Of a stretch of 64,000 bases of DNA, positions 13,201 through 25,953 are shown in pieces; position 1 is the stretch's first letter, and every line of letters starts with the position of its first letter. The DNA is taken from positions 21,266,001-21,330,000 of the forward strand of contig CM120645.1 of assembly GCA_051362555.1 (NCBI GenBank). The letters run 5' to 3'. Position numbers and translations under genes: made by a program. Under the pieces are notes generated by a model. It made no database searches and was not told the DNA's origin. It was given only the letters and a program-made list of their open reading frames with translations. This stretch comes from Lingula anatina. Its lineage: Eukaryota > Animalia > Brachiopoda.

Positions 13201-16200
13201 CATTGTCATTTAAGAGCATAAAATTCACAGCAAAAGACAAATGCAACTTTGCACAAGGCAATCTTACATTTATGGGAGCCAGCAAGTTACTAAATAGGCA
13301 TGGCTATGTCAATTTCGTGTTTTATAAGATGCACAGTATAAGACATATGCAGCGCGGGTCTGGTCAATTTCGCATCTATGGGCCTCAGTGAATGACGAAC
13401 AAGACATGACCATGTGAATTTCGGGTTTAATAACATAGCCATTTGAAGCTTTAAAATCCACAGTAAGAGACGAATGCGATATGGGCCGTGTCAATCCCAC
13501 ATGACCATGTGAATTTCAAGTTTAATAACATAGCCATTTGAAGCTCCAAAATCCACAGTAAGAGACGAACGCGACATGGATCGTGTCAATCTCGCATCTC
13601 GTATCTCGTTCAGAAAGTGGCAAAACAGACACAGACATGTCATGTCGGGGCTCAACACTCTGTAGTAAAAGACCAATGCGGATGGGACTTGTCAATTCCG
13701 CTGTTATAGGGCTTAATAACATACCAAGGTCGCACACTATTGAGGGTGGAATGCACGTGGACATCACACAAGAGTCGCCCACTGTTGAGGGTGGAATGCA
13801 CGCAGGAACCACACAAGAGTCCCCCATTACCGATGGTGGAATGCACGTGGAATTCACACAAGATTCACCCGCTACTGTGGGTCGAATGCATGCAAGAAAT
13901 AGACAGGAGTCGCACACTACTGAAGGTGGGATGCACGTGAACGTCACACAGGATTCGCCAAGTACTGAGGGTCAAATGCACGTGGACGTCACACAAGAGT
14001 CCCTTATTACTGAGGGTGTAATGCGCATGAACGTCACACAAGAGTTGCAATTTACTGACACACGCGTAGGCTTCTATGGGCCATGGTAGTAGTCGTCTAT
14101 GGCTGTAGCGTGATCATACTATGTATGTTACGGTATAAATCAATGGAAGTCTTCGTCCATTGGTTAGCATTATGCGAAATGAACTCTGCCAAGAAAGGTT
14201 TAAAAGATCAGAGGACACTGGTGTGTGCCACTTCTAAGTGCAATTGCTGCACGGAAAGTAACTGTTTTAGAAATATGTTGATTATTCACCTCACTTTATG
14301 CGCGCTGTTGATTAATCAGCCGACAGATGTCATGTTCTCACCTTCCCAAGAAGAGGGCAAGTCTGGGAGATCTAACCAAGAGGCACCGGATTTAATGAAC
14401 GTGACGCCGGTTAGAATCAAGAGAGAATTATCTTCTCGTGAAGAAGAAATGACAGGGAGAACCACACAAGAGTCACCCACTACTGAGGGTGGAATGCACG
14501 TGGACCTCACACAAGAGTCGCCCACTATTGAGGGTGAAATGCAAGTTGACGTCACACAACAGTCTCCCACAACTGAGGGTAGGACGCAGGTAGACATCAC
14601 ACAACAGTCGCCCACTACTGAGGGTGGGATGCAGGTAGACGTCACACATCAGTCGCCCACTACTGAGGGTGTAATGCACCAGGACGTCACACTAGAGTCC
14701 CCCGTTACTAAGGGTGAAATGCACGTGGACGTCACACAAGATTCGCCACTTACTGAGGTTGGGAAGCACGTCGAAGTCACACAAGAGTCACCCACTACTG
14801 ATGGTGGAATGCATGTGGATGTCACACAAGAGTCACCCACTACTGAGGGTACAATACACGTGGATGTCACACAAGAGTCACCCACTACTGAGGGTGGAAT
14901 CCACGTCGAAGTCACACAAGAGTCACCCACTACTGAGGGTACAATACACGTGGATGTCACACAAGAGTCACCCACTACTGAGGGTGGAATCCACGTCGAA
15001 GTCACACAAGAGTCACCCACTACTGAGGGTACAATACACGTGGATGTCACACAAGAGTCACCCACTACTGAGGGTAGAATCCACGGCGAAGTCACACAAG
15101 AGTCTCCTACTATTGAGGTTAAAATGCACGTGGACCCCACACAAGAGTCATTCAGTACTGAGGGTGCAATACGCGCGGAAATTATGCAGGAGGCACCCAA
15201 TCAGACGCAGGAGGCACGGGAAATATCTACCGACAGCAGTGGAACCTCTTTTTTGTCAGATGTATCTCTCACGCCCTATAGATGGCTCTGTGCAAATCTT
15301 GGTTATCGTGAACTCAGCATTAAGGTCCATTGCAACTGCGACCCTCTGTGCGTCCTGTATGGTGACTGCTGTTATGGGGTGATAGAAAACGCGACGGTGT
15401 GCGCTGCATCCGTCAGATTAACAAGTGCGCAAAATACTTTGGATAAGTTTGCTGGAACCAGCTTTAGAGAAAGTCATAGTAACAGCACTACTTCGACTGC
15501 ATCCCAAAACAATACATCCTCTTGGATAAGACAAATAAACCAACTCGACCCTGTGTCTATTTCCCTGGCAGATAAAAGCTCTTGTAGGAAAATTCCAACT
15601 TTACATCGACAAAACTCACAAAGCCGTTTAGGCGAGATGGACATTTTTGGACTGAGATATTGGATGGTGGACCAATGCCCTCCGTCTTTGCTGGAAGAGG
15701 AAAGCAGTATCAAATGCACCAATACCTCAAATACTGGCATCACAGAAAATGCACTCTTGTACCAGCCAGTCACCGACCCAGATACAATGATCACCTTCAG
15801 AAACAAGTACTGTGCAGCTTGTAATGGTATCGAGAACGGTTGGGAACCGTGGGAACTTGTCGTGTATGGCAGGAGAGCAGTGGTCAATTTTGTTAACTGC
15901 AGTTCATCGGACTGCGTTTTAAGAAAACTGAAAGCTTTCGGAAGTTCCGGCATTTTCGTGCCTAAACCGGACTGGAATTTAAGAACATGCTTCCGGGAAG
16001 CCGAGAACGATGCCTTTCGTCCTTGCACGTTCAGATTTGTTAATGGAAGCATGCACCGTGTGCCTCGTCCACTCCCCCTGCACTCAGCCTTGCGAGATGC
16101 CTGTATGGCCTACAACAATCCTGTTGTATTAAGCAGTTCTGATGAAATTTACAAGAACTTCCACTGCATGCTCTGTTATGTAGGTGATTTTACCATCTGT

Positions 16201-19200
16201 GGAGGTGAGTGATGCGTTTTGTTGTTTAAAATTCATATATATATAAATGTCAGATCCGTGCATTTATGGTTTTAATCATTAGCATAATATCCTCTCCACC
16301 CTCGTTATCTCAACCTTCAAGATTTTGGAACCTTTGAGATAAAATGCAAGTTTTCTCAGGATAACGTTATTGATATCTTGAGTCTTTGATTTGATATGTT
16401 GCCTAAACGTGCGTTTATCCAGTTCGACTTCGACTAATGTATCACAACGAAACTGGATAAACTTAAATTTAAAATTTATCGGATATGTTTACTCTCTACC
16501 AGGGCGACAGATTGATTTTCCACAGATTGATATTCACAAATATGTCTATAGATAAATAGACAGTCATTTGGCTTTCAGTCGCGTCAGCCAAAAATGTCCA
16601 CAATAATAACTGCGGCCTTGGTAGAGGGTAGGATATGTTTATATATTGCCAAGGTTTATTTAAACTTGTGCAGCATCATTTGATTCAATATATGTGGATG
16701 GAAATAACATTACTAGATAAAGGCGAATATTTCATTCAAATAATGTTTAATTTTTTTACATCCGGAAAATTTAAGAATTGACAGAAATACTGTTATGTAT
16801 TTAAATAGTAGTAATTAATACTGGTTTTTGCATCATTTGGTTGAGCGTCATTGTACTGTTCTTCGTTCATAATGTACAGTATAAGTCAGTTGTTGTTAAA
16901 CTGAGAAATTCTAAATCGAAATCATATCTTAAGATAAGCGCAAACGACAGATTCTTTTGGCTATTGTAGCCGCGCGTCTGTTATCTATAAAACTTGGGAT
17001 ATTGGCAAAGTTTTATGTACGATAATAACAGGTTTTATTAGTCCGGGAGCGCCCTTCTTGTGCTATTACGCGGTAGCTGAGCTAGAATCTAAATTGGATC
17101 CTAGAGTTGTGACCCCTTGCTCACGAGATCCGAGATGAAAGACGTGTTGATTTGGACTCCCGCCCCCTAATGCGAATAGTCTAAACTACCGGAACTAGAT
17201 CAGTTGAACAGCGTGTTGCTGAGTTCTTGACAAGCTTACATGTTCTCCAATTGTATTTAAATGTTTTTTCAGTTGAGAATACCGCTTCACCACCAGAGCG
17301 ATTCTTTGGTCTTTCTTTTCGTGCCGTATTGTACTTGGGAGACCAAGATAGGGAACAGCGTGATGACGAGATGGTAAGTTTGAGAAAACGAACTACAATA
17401 ATCATAATGATGAGGTTATTGAAAATTGCAAAAAGATGAATTTGATGACTTCACTTTTTAAAATTCAATATATGTAATATGTAATTATTCCAGGAGGGAA
17501 ACTGCAGTCCTAAATTGTACATCTGCACACGTGCCTTTTTTCAGCCTTTAGATCAGCAGATAATGTGCCCCCCTGGTTTTGTTCCTGATGACCAGGGCTG
17601 CCGCGCCCTTATGTACAACTTCACGACAATGACGTCCATCGTTCCTTTACATTTTGAACCATGTGGCTGGGCTCCAACACCAAGAGCTGGGTGTATGGGT
17701 ATCGAGCGTAATGGCCAATTAAGAGCCGTACTGAGCGCTGTGCAGGCATATATTCGTTTCTGTAGACAGGAACGCAGTGCGGATAACAGGTTCATCACCT
17801 TTTTCATTGAAACAATGGTCACTCTTCGCGTGCCACTAGCCCACTACGAGGAAGGTCGTAACCTGTTTAACCAGGTGCAATCATGGATGGAAAATGGTCT
17901 GCAAAAAGTGCAGTTGGAGACGACTCTAGGGCCACTGGGTTTACGCAAGGGATCGGTCTCCGCCTGCACGAAGAACACCACGATCCGCAGCTCCGTACCG
18001 CCATTTTCTGGTGCGACACCGATCACAACCCCGAGCCAGAACCAAGGAAACAGTCATGTCGGTAACGTTGCACTATTGATGTTAATGGCTATGGTGGCAA
18101 CGGTGTGTGATTTCTACACCTCATGTAGCTATGGGTAAGTACACATAAGGAAAGATATACCAGTAGGATCGGGCACTATTTTGGCTAAATTAATTCATGC
18201 ATGAATACTTTATGTTTTCTTGTAAAGTTAAATAATTAGGGTTTTCTTATCAAAATTCAACTCAAATAGTTGTCTTGGTGCCATAACCTCAGACAACGAG
18301 ATTTTGTTTTTGCCTTTGTTAGTTTGTTGGTTTAAACCCTAACCCCAAAAAGTTTTGGGCACATTTTGATTAACTTTTCACAATAAGTCCGAGATGAGCC
18401 AACTTATAATTAGAATCAATAAGATTTTTTGGTGATTTTTTTATTTGATTAATTGATAATGAGAACTGAGTTTTCGTGTTGGATCGCAACACGCATATGA
18501 AATATTGTCTTCTATACCGTATTGGTTTTAAGATCCCCCGCAATAATACAAAAACAGAATTTATCTCGTGCCACATTGTCATGAACGTTTCTTGTTTCAG
18601 TTATACAGATTTTAATAACCCTAATAACACAGATTTTAATAACCCTTATAGCTCTAGTCATAATTATGTTTCCGTTGTATACCTGCTTAAAAACATATGA
18701 AATGTTTTAATCCCTATCCTGTGAATAGAAGGGGATGGGCAAATAATAGGCAGCGGTATAAATCCCTTCAAAATTCAAACGGAATAACACAATACCCTAG
18801 GTGGAATAACACAATAGGCCTACCATAGACGAGTGAACCCCATGACGCCGGTATCTGTTTAACTAGGTGTAATTAACAGCAGGATACATCAGCCAGAAGG
18901 TCCCCAATGTTTGTTGCGGCGATAGGATTATAGCTTAAAGAGGCTAGAACCCATGCTACTGCGTGCCACTAAACCGTCTCCCGTAGCGAACTGTCCTTTA
19001 GCTCACTAGCTTGGCACGCGCAGCTGGTCATGTTTTAAGTGTTGCTAGCAAGCTTCAATATGAAGTGTTCCGTAGTCAAAAATTGAACTAAGTATTGTTT
19101 GTCTTATTGACATGCATAAGCATCACCATCGTGCATCAGCATGATCAACAATTCATCCTGTCTCAAAATTCTTATTGCAAATAGTATTTATATATTATGC

Positions 19201-22200
19201 ATGATAATAAATGAGGAATAAGGAAAAGGCAGCGAATAACATTTTCATAAAGGCACAGTTTATGGCAAAAAGTTTTGAAGTTTAAAGATACTCCGTACAT
19301 AAATTTCCATCATCGCGACCTGTGTGAAAAATAAAGATTAAAAGTAACAAAGAAAGCAACATTATTTCAAATATATATATAACAAGCTGACGTGTAGCCT
19401 CAATTACTAAAATGATTTATTTGATATGGACAATTGGCTTGAACCAGTCATTTTATTAACATTATGAATGACACATTCTCCATCGTCACCGTTGAATTAC
19501 CATTATTATTTTACATCACTAACCTTAATTAACAATCTTACTGTTTAGGCCTGCTTTAAGTTTGTTTAAGAAACAATAGCCATCGCGTTTAATAATAGGT
19601 TGCCAGCTATTGTAAGATCCCCCTTCCTCTTTAACCGATGTCTTAGAGTGTTAATTAACCATACTTTCATATAGTGTGATCACACTGTCAGGCTTCCCCT
19701 GTTGCACACTGGAGTTGGATTGTCCTTGCGCCACTGCTAGATATTTTCTCCAATTCTGTTGTTTATATAAATATTTTCATTTATTTTTAAATATTTTCAT
19801 CGCATTATCCTTTCAGAAACGGGGGATTTTCCCATTTTGTCTCATAACTATGACAGGGCATTTTTTTCGTTGTTGTTTAAAAATGAATGTTAGTTTGTCG
19901 AGGCTTAATGCTTAATTCTTATCGCGTTATATGCATGTGCATCTAAACAATAAATATCAATTTTATACTAGACTGTTATTGCCCGGGTATTGCACGTGTG
20001 CTTTCTTACTAGAGTGATCTAAATCAAGTCGCTCGTGTATGTAACTGTAGCAAAAACTGTTCGACATGACATTTCTGCACGGCAGCCGAACACAGTAATT
20101 GTATAGGCATGATTTAAGCCTGTACGAGAGATAATAACAGTCGCGTTTAACAATAGATAGCGAGCTATAGTAAGCCCTCCGTCCTCTTTAACTGATGTCT
20201 TACAGTGTTAATTGATCGTACTTTCATATAGTGTGATCACACTGTCAGACTTACCCCTATTGCATGTTGGAGTTGGATTGTCCTTGCGCCACTGCAAGTG
20301 CACCTAATTTAATTTAATTTTTTTTACCGTACAAACCTTTGGACGATCTGAAAAATGGGGTTAAAATGTTTTTTTTTATGAATTTGTCTTACGGTCAAAA
20401 GATGGGTGGGGTTTTCGTTGTTCTTAAAAAATGGACGTAACATTAGTATGTCGAGGATATATGCTAAGCTCTTTTTGTGCAACAGGGATCTATATAACTC
20501 ATGGTAAAACATATAGCAGTGTTTGAGGTTGAACATCTAAATTTACTTGGATCCTGGCATATTTTGGGCCACCTAACTTATCCAATTCCTCGTCAAAATT
20601 TTCTTTACATAATCAGTGTGAATGACAGGGCGTATGTTTATCATCACCAATCTTACTAGTGCAAAGGCATGGTTTTAGCTACATGTAGTTTGAGAAATGA
20701 TAATCGCGTTTAACAATAGATTACGAGCTATAGTAAGACCCCTCCTCTTTAAGAGATGTCACAATTAACAGTACTATAATGTAAAGGCGACAAGTTATCA
20801 GATTGTCAGGCTTTTCCCTGTCGCACGCACGTTAGCTTTTAGTGCGATGTTTACAAAAACTTATTTATTTTCAATGTTTTTTACCACAATGATCTTAGTG
20901 TGTTATGAGAAACGGGTTTTTTAACACAGCAAAAGAAATGGGGAAGGGGGGGGGGGAGTACAACATGAAAAGGATTTTTAAAGGAGTTGCCTAATAGGTT
21001 GCTATGCTATTTGAACCAAAACGATTTCCTGAAAGATCAAATTAAAAATTGATGTCTCTTCCACAAAAAAGTGTATATTATACAACAATGAGTTTGCGTT
21101 TAATGTAATCCCTCCTTAAAGGCCATGTACTGATTATAATGGCATACCTTGATGGATTTTTTAAAGGAGTTGCCTAATAGGTTGCTGTGCTATTTGAACC
21201 AAAGCGATTTCCTGAAAGATCAAATTAAAATTGATGTCTCTTCCACAAAAAAGTGTATATTATACAACAATGAGTTTGCGTTTAATGTAATCTCTCCTTA
21301 AAGGCCATGTACTGATTATAATGGCATACCTTGATGCGGAACAGTCTATTGGTTCTTCCACCTTGGGTCCCTTCAATTTAAGCACCATATTGTATTACTC
21401 GTATTACCCATTTCATTTGACACCCTTTCTGTTTCTCTCCCTTCCACTCTCTCTTGTTAGAAGGAGGGAAAATATAAGTACCCAAAATAATCTGCATCAC
21501 CAATCTTCGGAAAAGAAATGAGTCCATGAACCCGTGGTCCACAACATCCGACACAGCAAAATGAAATCAAATAACAGCTGGCACAATTTTAACTGCAGTT
21601 AGCTAGTGTCACTAAAGATATAATCCGCTGGCCGCTCGAAGAAGTTGAACAAATGGATGGTTCGCTACGTAAGACCGTTTGTTTACATAAGTACTCTAAG
21701 GGGGCGTGCCTACCCAGTCGACCAGGGATTAGGCCAGTCACTATATTCCGCCAAAAAAAAAAAAAAAAAACGTTTAGCGACCCTATCATTTTCACACTCA
21801 CTCTATTGTATTTTCTATCCCTATATTCAGCGTGTAATCTCCAAATGGTACACGGAGTAAATATACACAAACTTAATACTAGGGCTGTATGTAATTTTTT
21901 TAAATATTTTGAACGCTTCGTAAAAAGTATTTGCAAATCTAAGAAAAAAGGCTAGTTTTATAAATTTCCAATAGTTAACAGTGCATTCCGATTTCAATTT
22001 TGCCTAGTGTATAAGTTGTAATAGGCCTTGACGTGCGTGTCTGGCTTCAGTTTCACGAGTGCCCTGGCTTAGTTGACTAGGATTCCCGTAACACCGTTTC
22101 TGATGGGGTAAAATGTGAGCATGTGAGCATGCAACGTTGGTTCTTAGCCAGGGAACTTGACTTCAATTTTTTTAAACCGGGGCTTCTTAAAACACATATA

Positions 22201-25200
22201 GATAATGATCTTTTCGAAATGATATGCCGAAGCAAGACTGTTTTATCAAATAGATTTGCAAAAAGCAAGGCATTAGTTTCATGCACATGCAAATATGAAT
22301 GTTATCAATATTTCCAGAAATTGACCAATTTGTATGGATTACAAATGTATATCATTCATAGTGCATTGAGCATTGGTTTATGATTAATCAATCATTTGAT
22401 GATTGGTGGTAGGTTCATTTTAGGTTATCTAAAACATGATTTTAACTATATTGAAGCATAAATTATACTTGGAAAATATGTTGATATAATCGGACACATA
22501 TTTATACGGATTTATGGTTTGCTGTTCTTAAAATTAGTAATTAACTCAATCTGGCACAACATTTTATGTATGTTGTAAAGTTCTAGAATTCGAACACTAT
22601 TTTTTGTATAGTTGTAAATCAATTATGTGCTCAATGTAAATTTTTCGTATTGCAAGCAAAAAATCCGGTTTCGTTTTAAGTAATAGCAAATAAGCAGAAT
22701 TTAATTTAAATTATTTTTTTCTAAATCGATAAACTTGAATATTGGGTGTTTTAAAGGGTAATAATTTTGTTAGGAATCGAAAATGGAAATTATTAATGTA
22801 ACAAGGATCGAATTCATTGACTGATTTCACAATAGAAAAGAAAAAATTTTCATGACGTCAGTAACGGCCGGAATTTTGTATTATATTTGTACATCATTCA
22901 TAGTGTAGTGAGCACTTGTTTATGATTAATCAATCATTTGATGATTGGTGCAAGGTACATTTTAAGTTATCTAAAGACATGATTTTAACTTTATTCAAGC
23001 GTAAATTATACTTGGAAAATATATTGATATAATTGGACACATATTTATACGGATTTATGGTTTGCTGTTTAACTACATTTAAGCATAAATTATACTTGGA
23101 AAATATGTTGATATAATCGGAGGCATATTTATACGGATTTATGGTTTGCTGTTTAACTACATTTAAGCATAAATTATACTTGGAAAATATGTTGATATAA
23201 TCGGAGGCATATTTATACGGATTTATGGTTTGCTGTTTAACTACATTTAAGCATAAATTATACTTGGAAAATATGTTGATATAATCGGAGGCATATTTAT
23301 ACGGATTTATGGTTTGCTGTTTAACTACATTTAAGCATAAATTATACTTGGAAAATATGTTGATATAATCGGAGGCATATTTATACGGATTTATGGTTTG
23401 CTGTTTAACTACATTTAAGCATAAATTATACTTGGAAAATATGTTGATATAATCGGAGGCATATTTATACGGATTTATGGTTTGCTGTTCTTAAAATAAG
23501 TAATAAAGATAATATGGCATGCCATTTTATGTACGTTGTAAGGTTCTAGAATTCAAACACTATTTTTTTGTAATGTTGTAAATCAATCATGTGCTAAATG
23601 TTGTAAATTTTTCATATTACAAGCAAAAAATTACGGTTTCGGTTTAAGTAATAGCAAATAAGGAGAGTTTGATTTTGATGAATTTTTTAAAAAAATCTAT
23701 AAGCTAGAATATTGGATGTTTTAAAGGGCAAGTATAATTTTGTTAGGAATCTAGGATGGAGTTTATTAATGTAAAAAGGATGGAGTTAACTGATTGATTT
23801 CATGATCTAAAAGTATAAATTTTCATGGCGTCAGTAACAGACAGGATTTTGTATTATATTTGTTCATTATATCATTCATAGTACATTGAGCATTAGTTTA
23901 TGATTAATAATCATTTGATGATTGGTGCAAAGTACATATTAAGTTATCTGAAAATCATGATTTTAACTACATTTTAGCAAAAATTATACTTGGAAAACAT
24001 TTTGATATAATCGGACGCATATTTATACGGATTTATGCTTTGCTGTTTGCTATTAATGTTGTTAATCAATAGTGTGTTAAATGTTGTAAATTTTTCAGAT
24101 TGCAAGCAAAAAAAGTTTAGGTTTAAGTTATAACAAATACGCAGAATTTGATTTTAGGATTTTTAAAAAAGGATCGATAAACTTAAATTTTGGATGTTAT
24201 AAAGTGCAAGAATGATTTTGTTAGGAATCAAGAATGGAATTTATTAATGTAACAATTAAGGATCGAGTTCATTGACTGATTACACTATCTAAAGGCAGAT
24301 TAATTTTCATGACGTCATTAACAGCATGAATTTTGTATTGATGGCCAGTTAATTAAATTAAAATTAATACGTCTTTATTGGGTTTGGCAATAATAAAAAC
24401 GGCCTTGACTGGCCCGATACCAATCAACCTACATTGCGTTTGTCATTTTATTTCGTTAATTGATTCTGTAGTGTAATTGGTGGGGGAGATTGATCAAACT
24501 TTAAATATTTACCCAGTCGTTAGATAGGCGTGACAAAGTGCTCAAGTGATTACTTAAACTGCATTAAAATTCAATATTTTTTCCAATATTCGACCTTACC
24601 CCACCATATAGCTTCAAATACGAAAATGCAAAACGAAAATCAATATACGAACGGATTTTCTGCTTTCATTCTGTGCTTCTGCAATCTCATTTGAACAAGG
24701 GAATAAGAGTGATGATTATGCAGACCTTTATAGACCTTTATAGGCCAGAAAAATGGGACAATTTACGACCAAAATTTTGAAGAAGGAGCAGTTTTATACC
24801 TACATACATTTTTTAACTGAACGAAAAGTTAATTTGGTTTGTGACTTGACATGTCGACTTTATTTTTATCGTAAAAGAAAGTAGTCTATATTACAGGTAT
24901 AATAGCAGATCAGCCGAAGTCTCCTTTCCACGTTTTTCTCCCAAACTACAACGATCTGTTGACAACTGACAGGTGTAAGCAATACCTTAGAACAGTGGAA
25001 AGATGGTGGCCGTAGTTTGAATTTGATTATAACTGTTAAAAGTCTATATTGAAGACATTTTGTTGCATTTGGCAATTTCCGTAAAGCTTTGGCATGTGTG
25101 GCAGGTTTCTGTAAATAACAGTACTTCGGGGAGCAGGATTTGGTGGCCTAGTTGTAGTCCAGTGGCTTAAGGAAAAAAAATGGCCAAATTGTGACACGGC

Positions 25201-25912
25201 GGATAAAAGCACCAAATTTTGCATGTGGGTACCTTTTGACATACTAAACCAAATAAGAGCTGTAGCCCACGGAAAAAAATTACCGTTTGGCCAAAAAATC
25301 CAAAATGGCCGCCAATTTGTGAAATTCTGTAGAAATATATACATTCCTATGTTGATTTTTATCAAATAAAGTATTTTCTCAATGTTTTCCACATCCTTAT
25401 TACCCATGTAATGCATATATGTCAGATAACAAACGAGTGTCCTTGGACTTTTTGGAAAATCCAAGATGGCCGCTGTATAGCATAGGAATACTAGAACATG
25501 TACAAGGATTTTCAACTAATGCCAACTATGAAGATGCATTGCCCACTATCTAATTAATTTTGTTTCTGAGTGCACAAATAATATATTTGTTGTGAGTAAC
25601 TAACCTTTATTCTCAAGCATTTCGGGAAAATCCAAGATGGCCGCCATATCAAAGGAATACTAGTATACACATAGGGCTTCTTCTGCCATGGATATAAAAT
25701 ATTAATTGATAAATTAGGTTTGTTTCTGAGTATTTTCCACATCTTTTTAATCCACATAAAATATATGTGATGAGAATGTTATGTGTATCCTTTTTGAACA
25801 CAACACAAAACAAAATGGCTGCCATTAGCCATAGAAGGTGGGTTTCAGTTAATACCTGCGAGAGATAGGCTTTCATATAAAATGAAGCTAAATTCAGTTG
25901 TTTTTCTGTTAG

Positions 25913-25953
<41 letters not shown>

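Larger units (their letters stand above)
12772..14089. mobile_element. Non-autonomous TIR DNA transposon carrying a gene-derived fragment (Pack-TIR-like)
   Basis: 29-bp TIRs CTACCATGGCCCATAGGAGCCTACGCGTG / CACGCGTAGGCTTCTATGGGCCATGGTAG (1 mismatch), flanked by TAGT at 12768-12771 and 14090-14093. A TA target-site reading is also possible. Confidence 0.8.

Noticed and set aside
14083-14274. ORF-track start at 14083 for the SMB gene
   Set aside because: That ATG lies inside a transposon TIR and upstream of the candidate TATA box. The signal-like segment begins at 14275 (14179 is possible).
14464-15183. CRISPR-like appearance of regular repeats (also 22985-23490)
   Set aside because: There are no unique spacers; these are plain tandem repeats in eukaryotic DNA with no cas genes.
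14316-16052. Antisense and alternate-frame ORFs over the repeat and SMB exon
   Set aside because: They are shadow ORFs of a stop-poor tandem repeat and a coding exon.
18880-19030. tRNA-like A/B-box sequences (also about 1-60 and 4150-4210)
   Set aside because: No cloverleaf could be folded; at most these are degenerate SINE heads.
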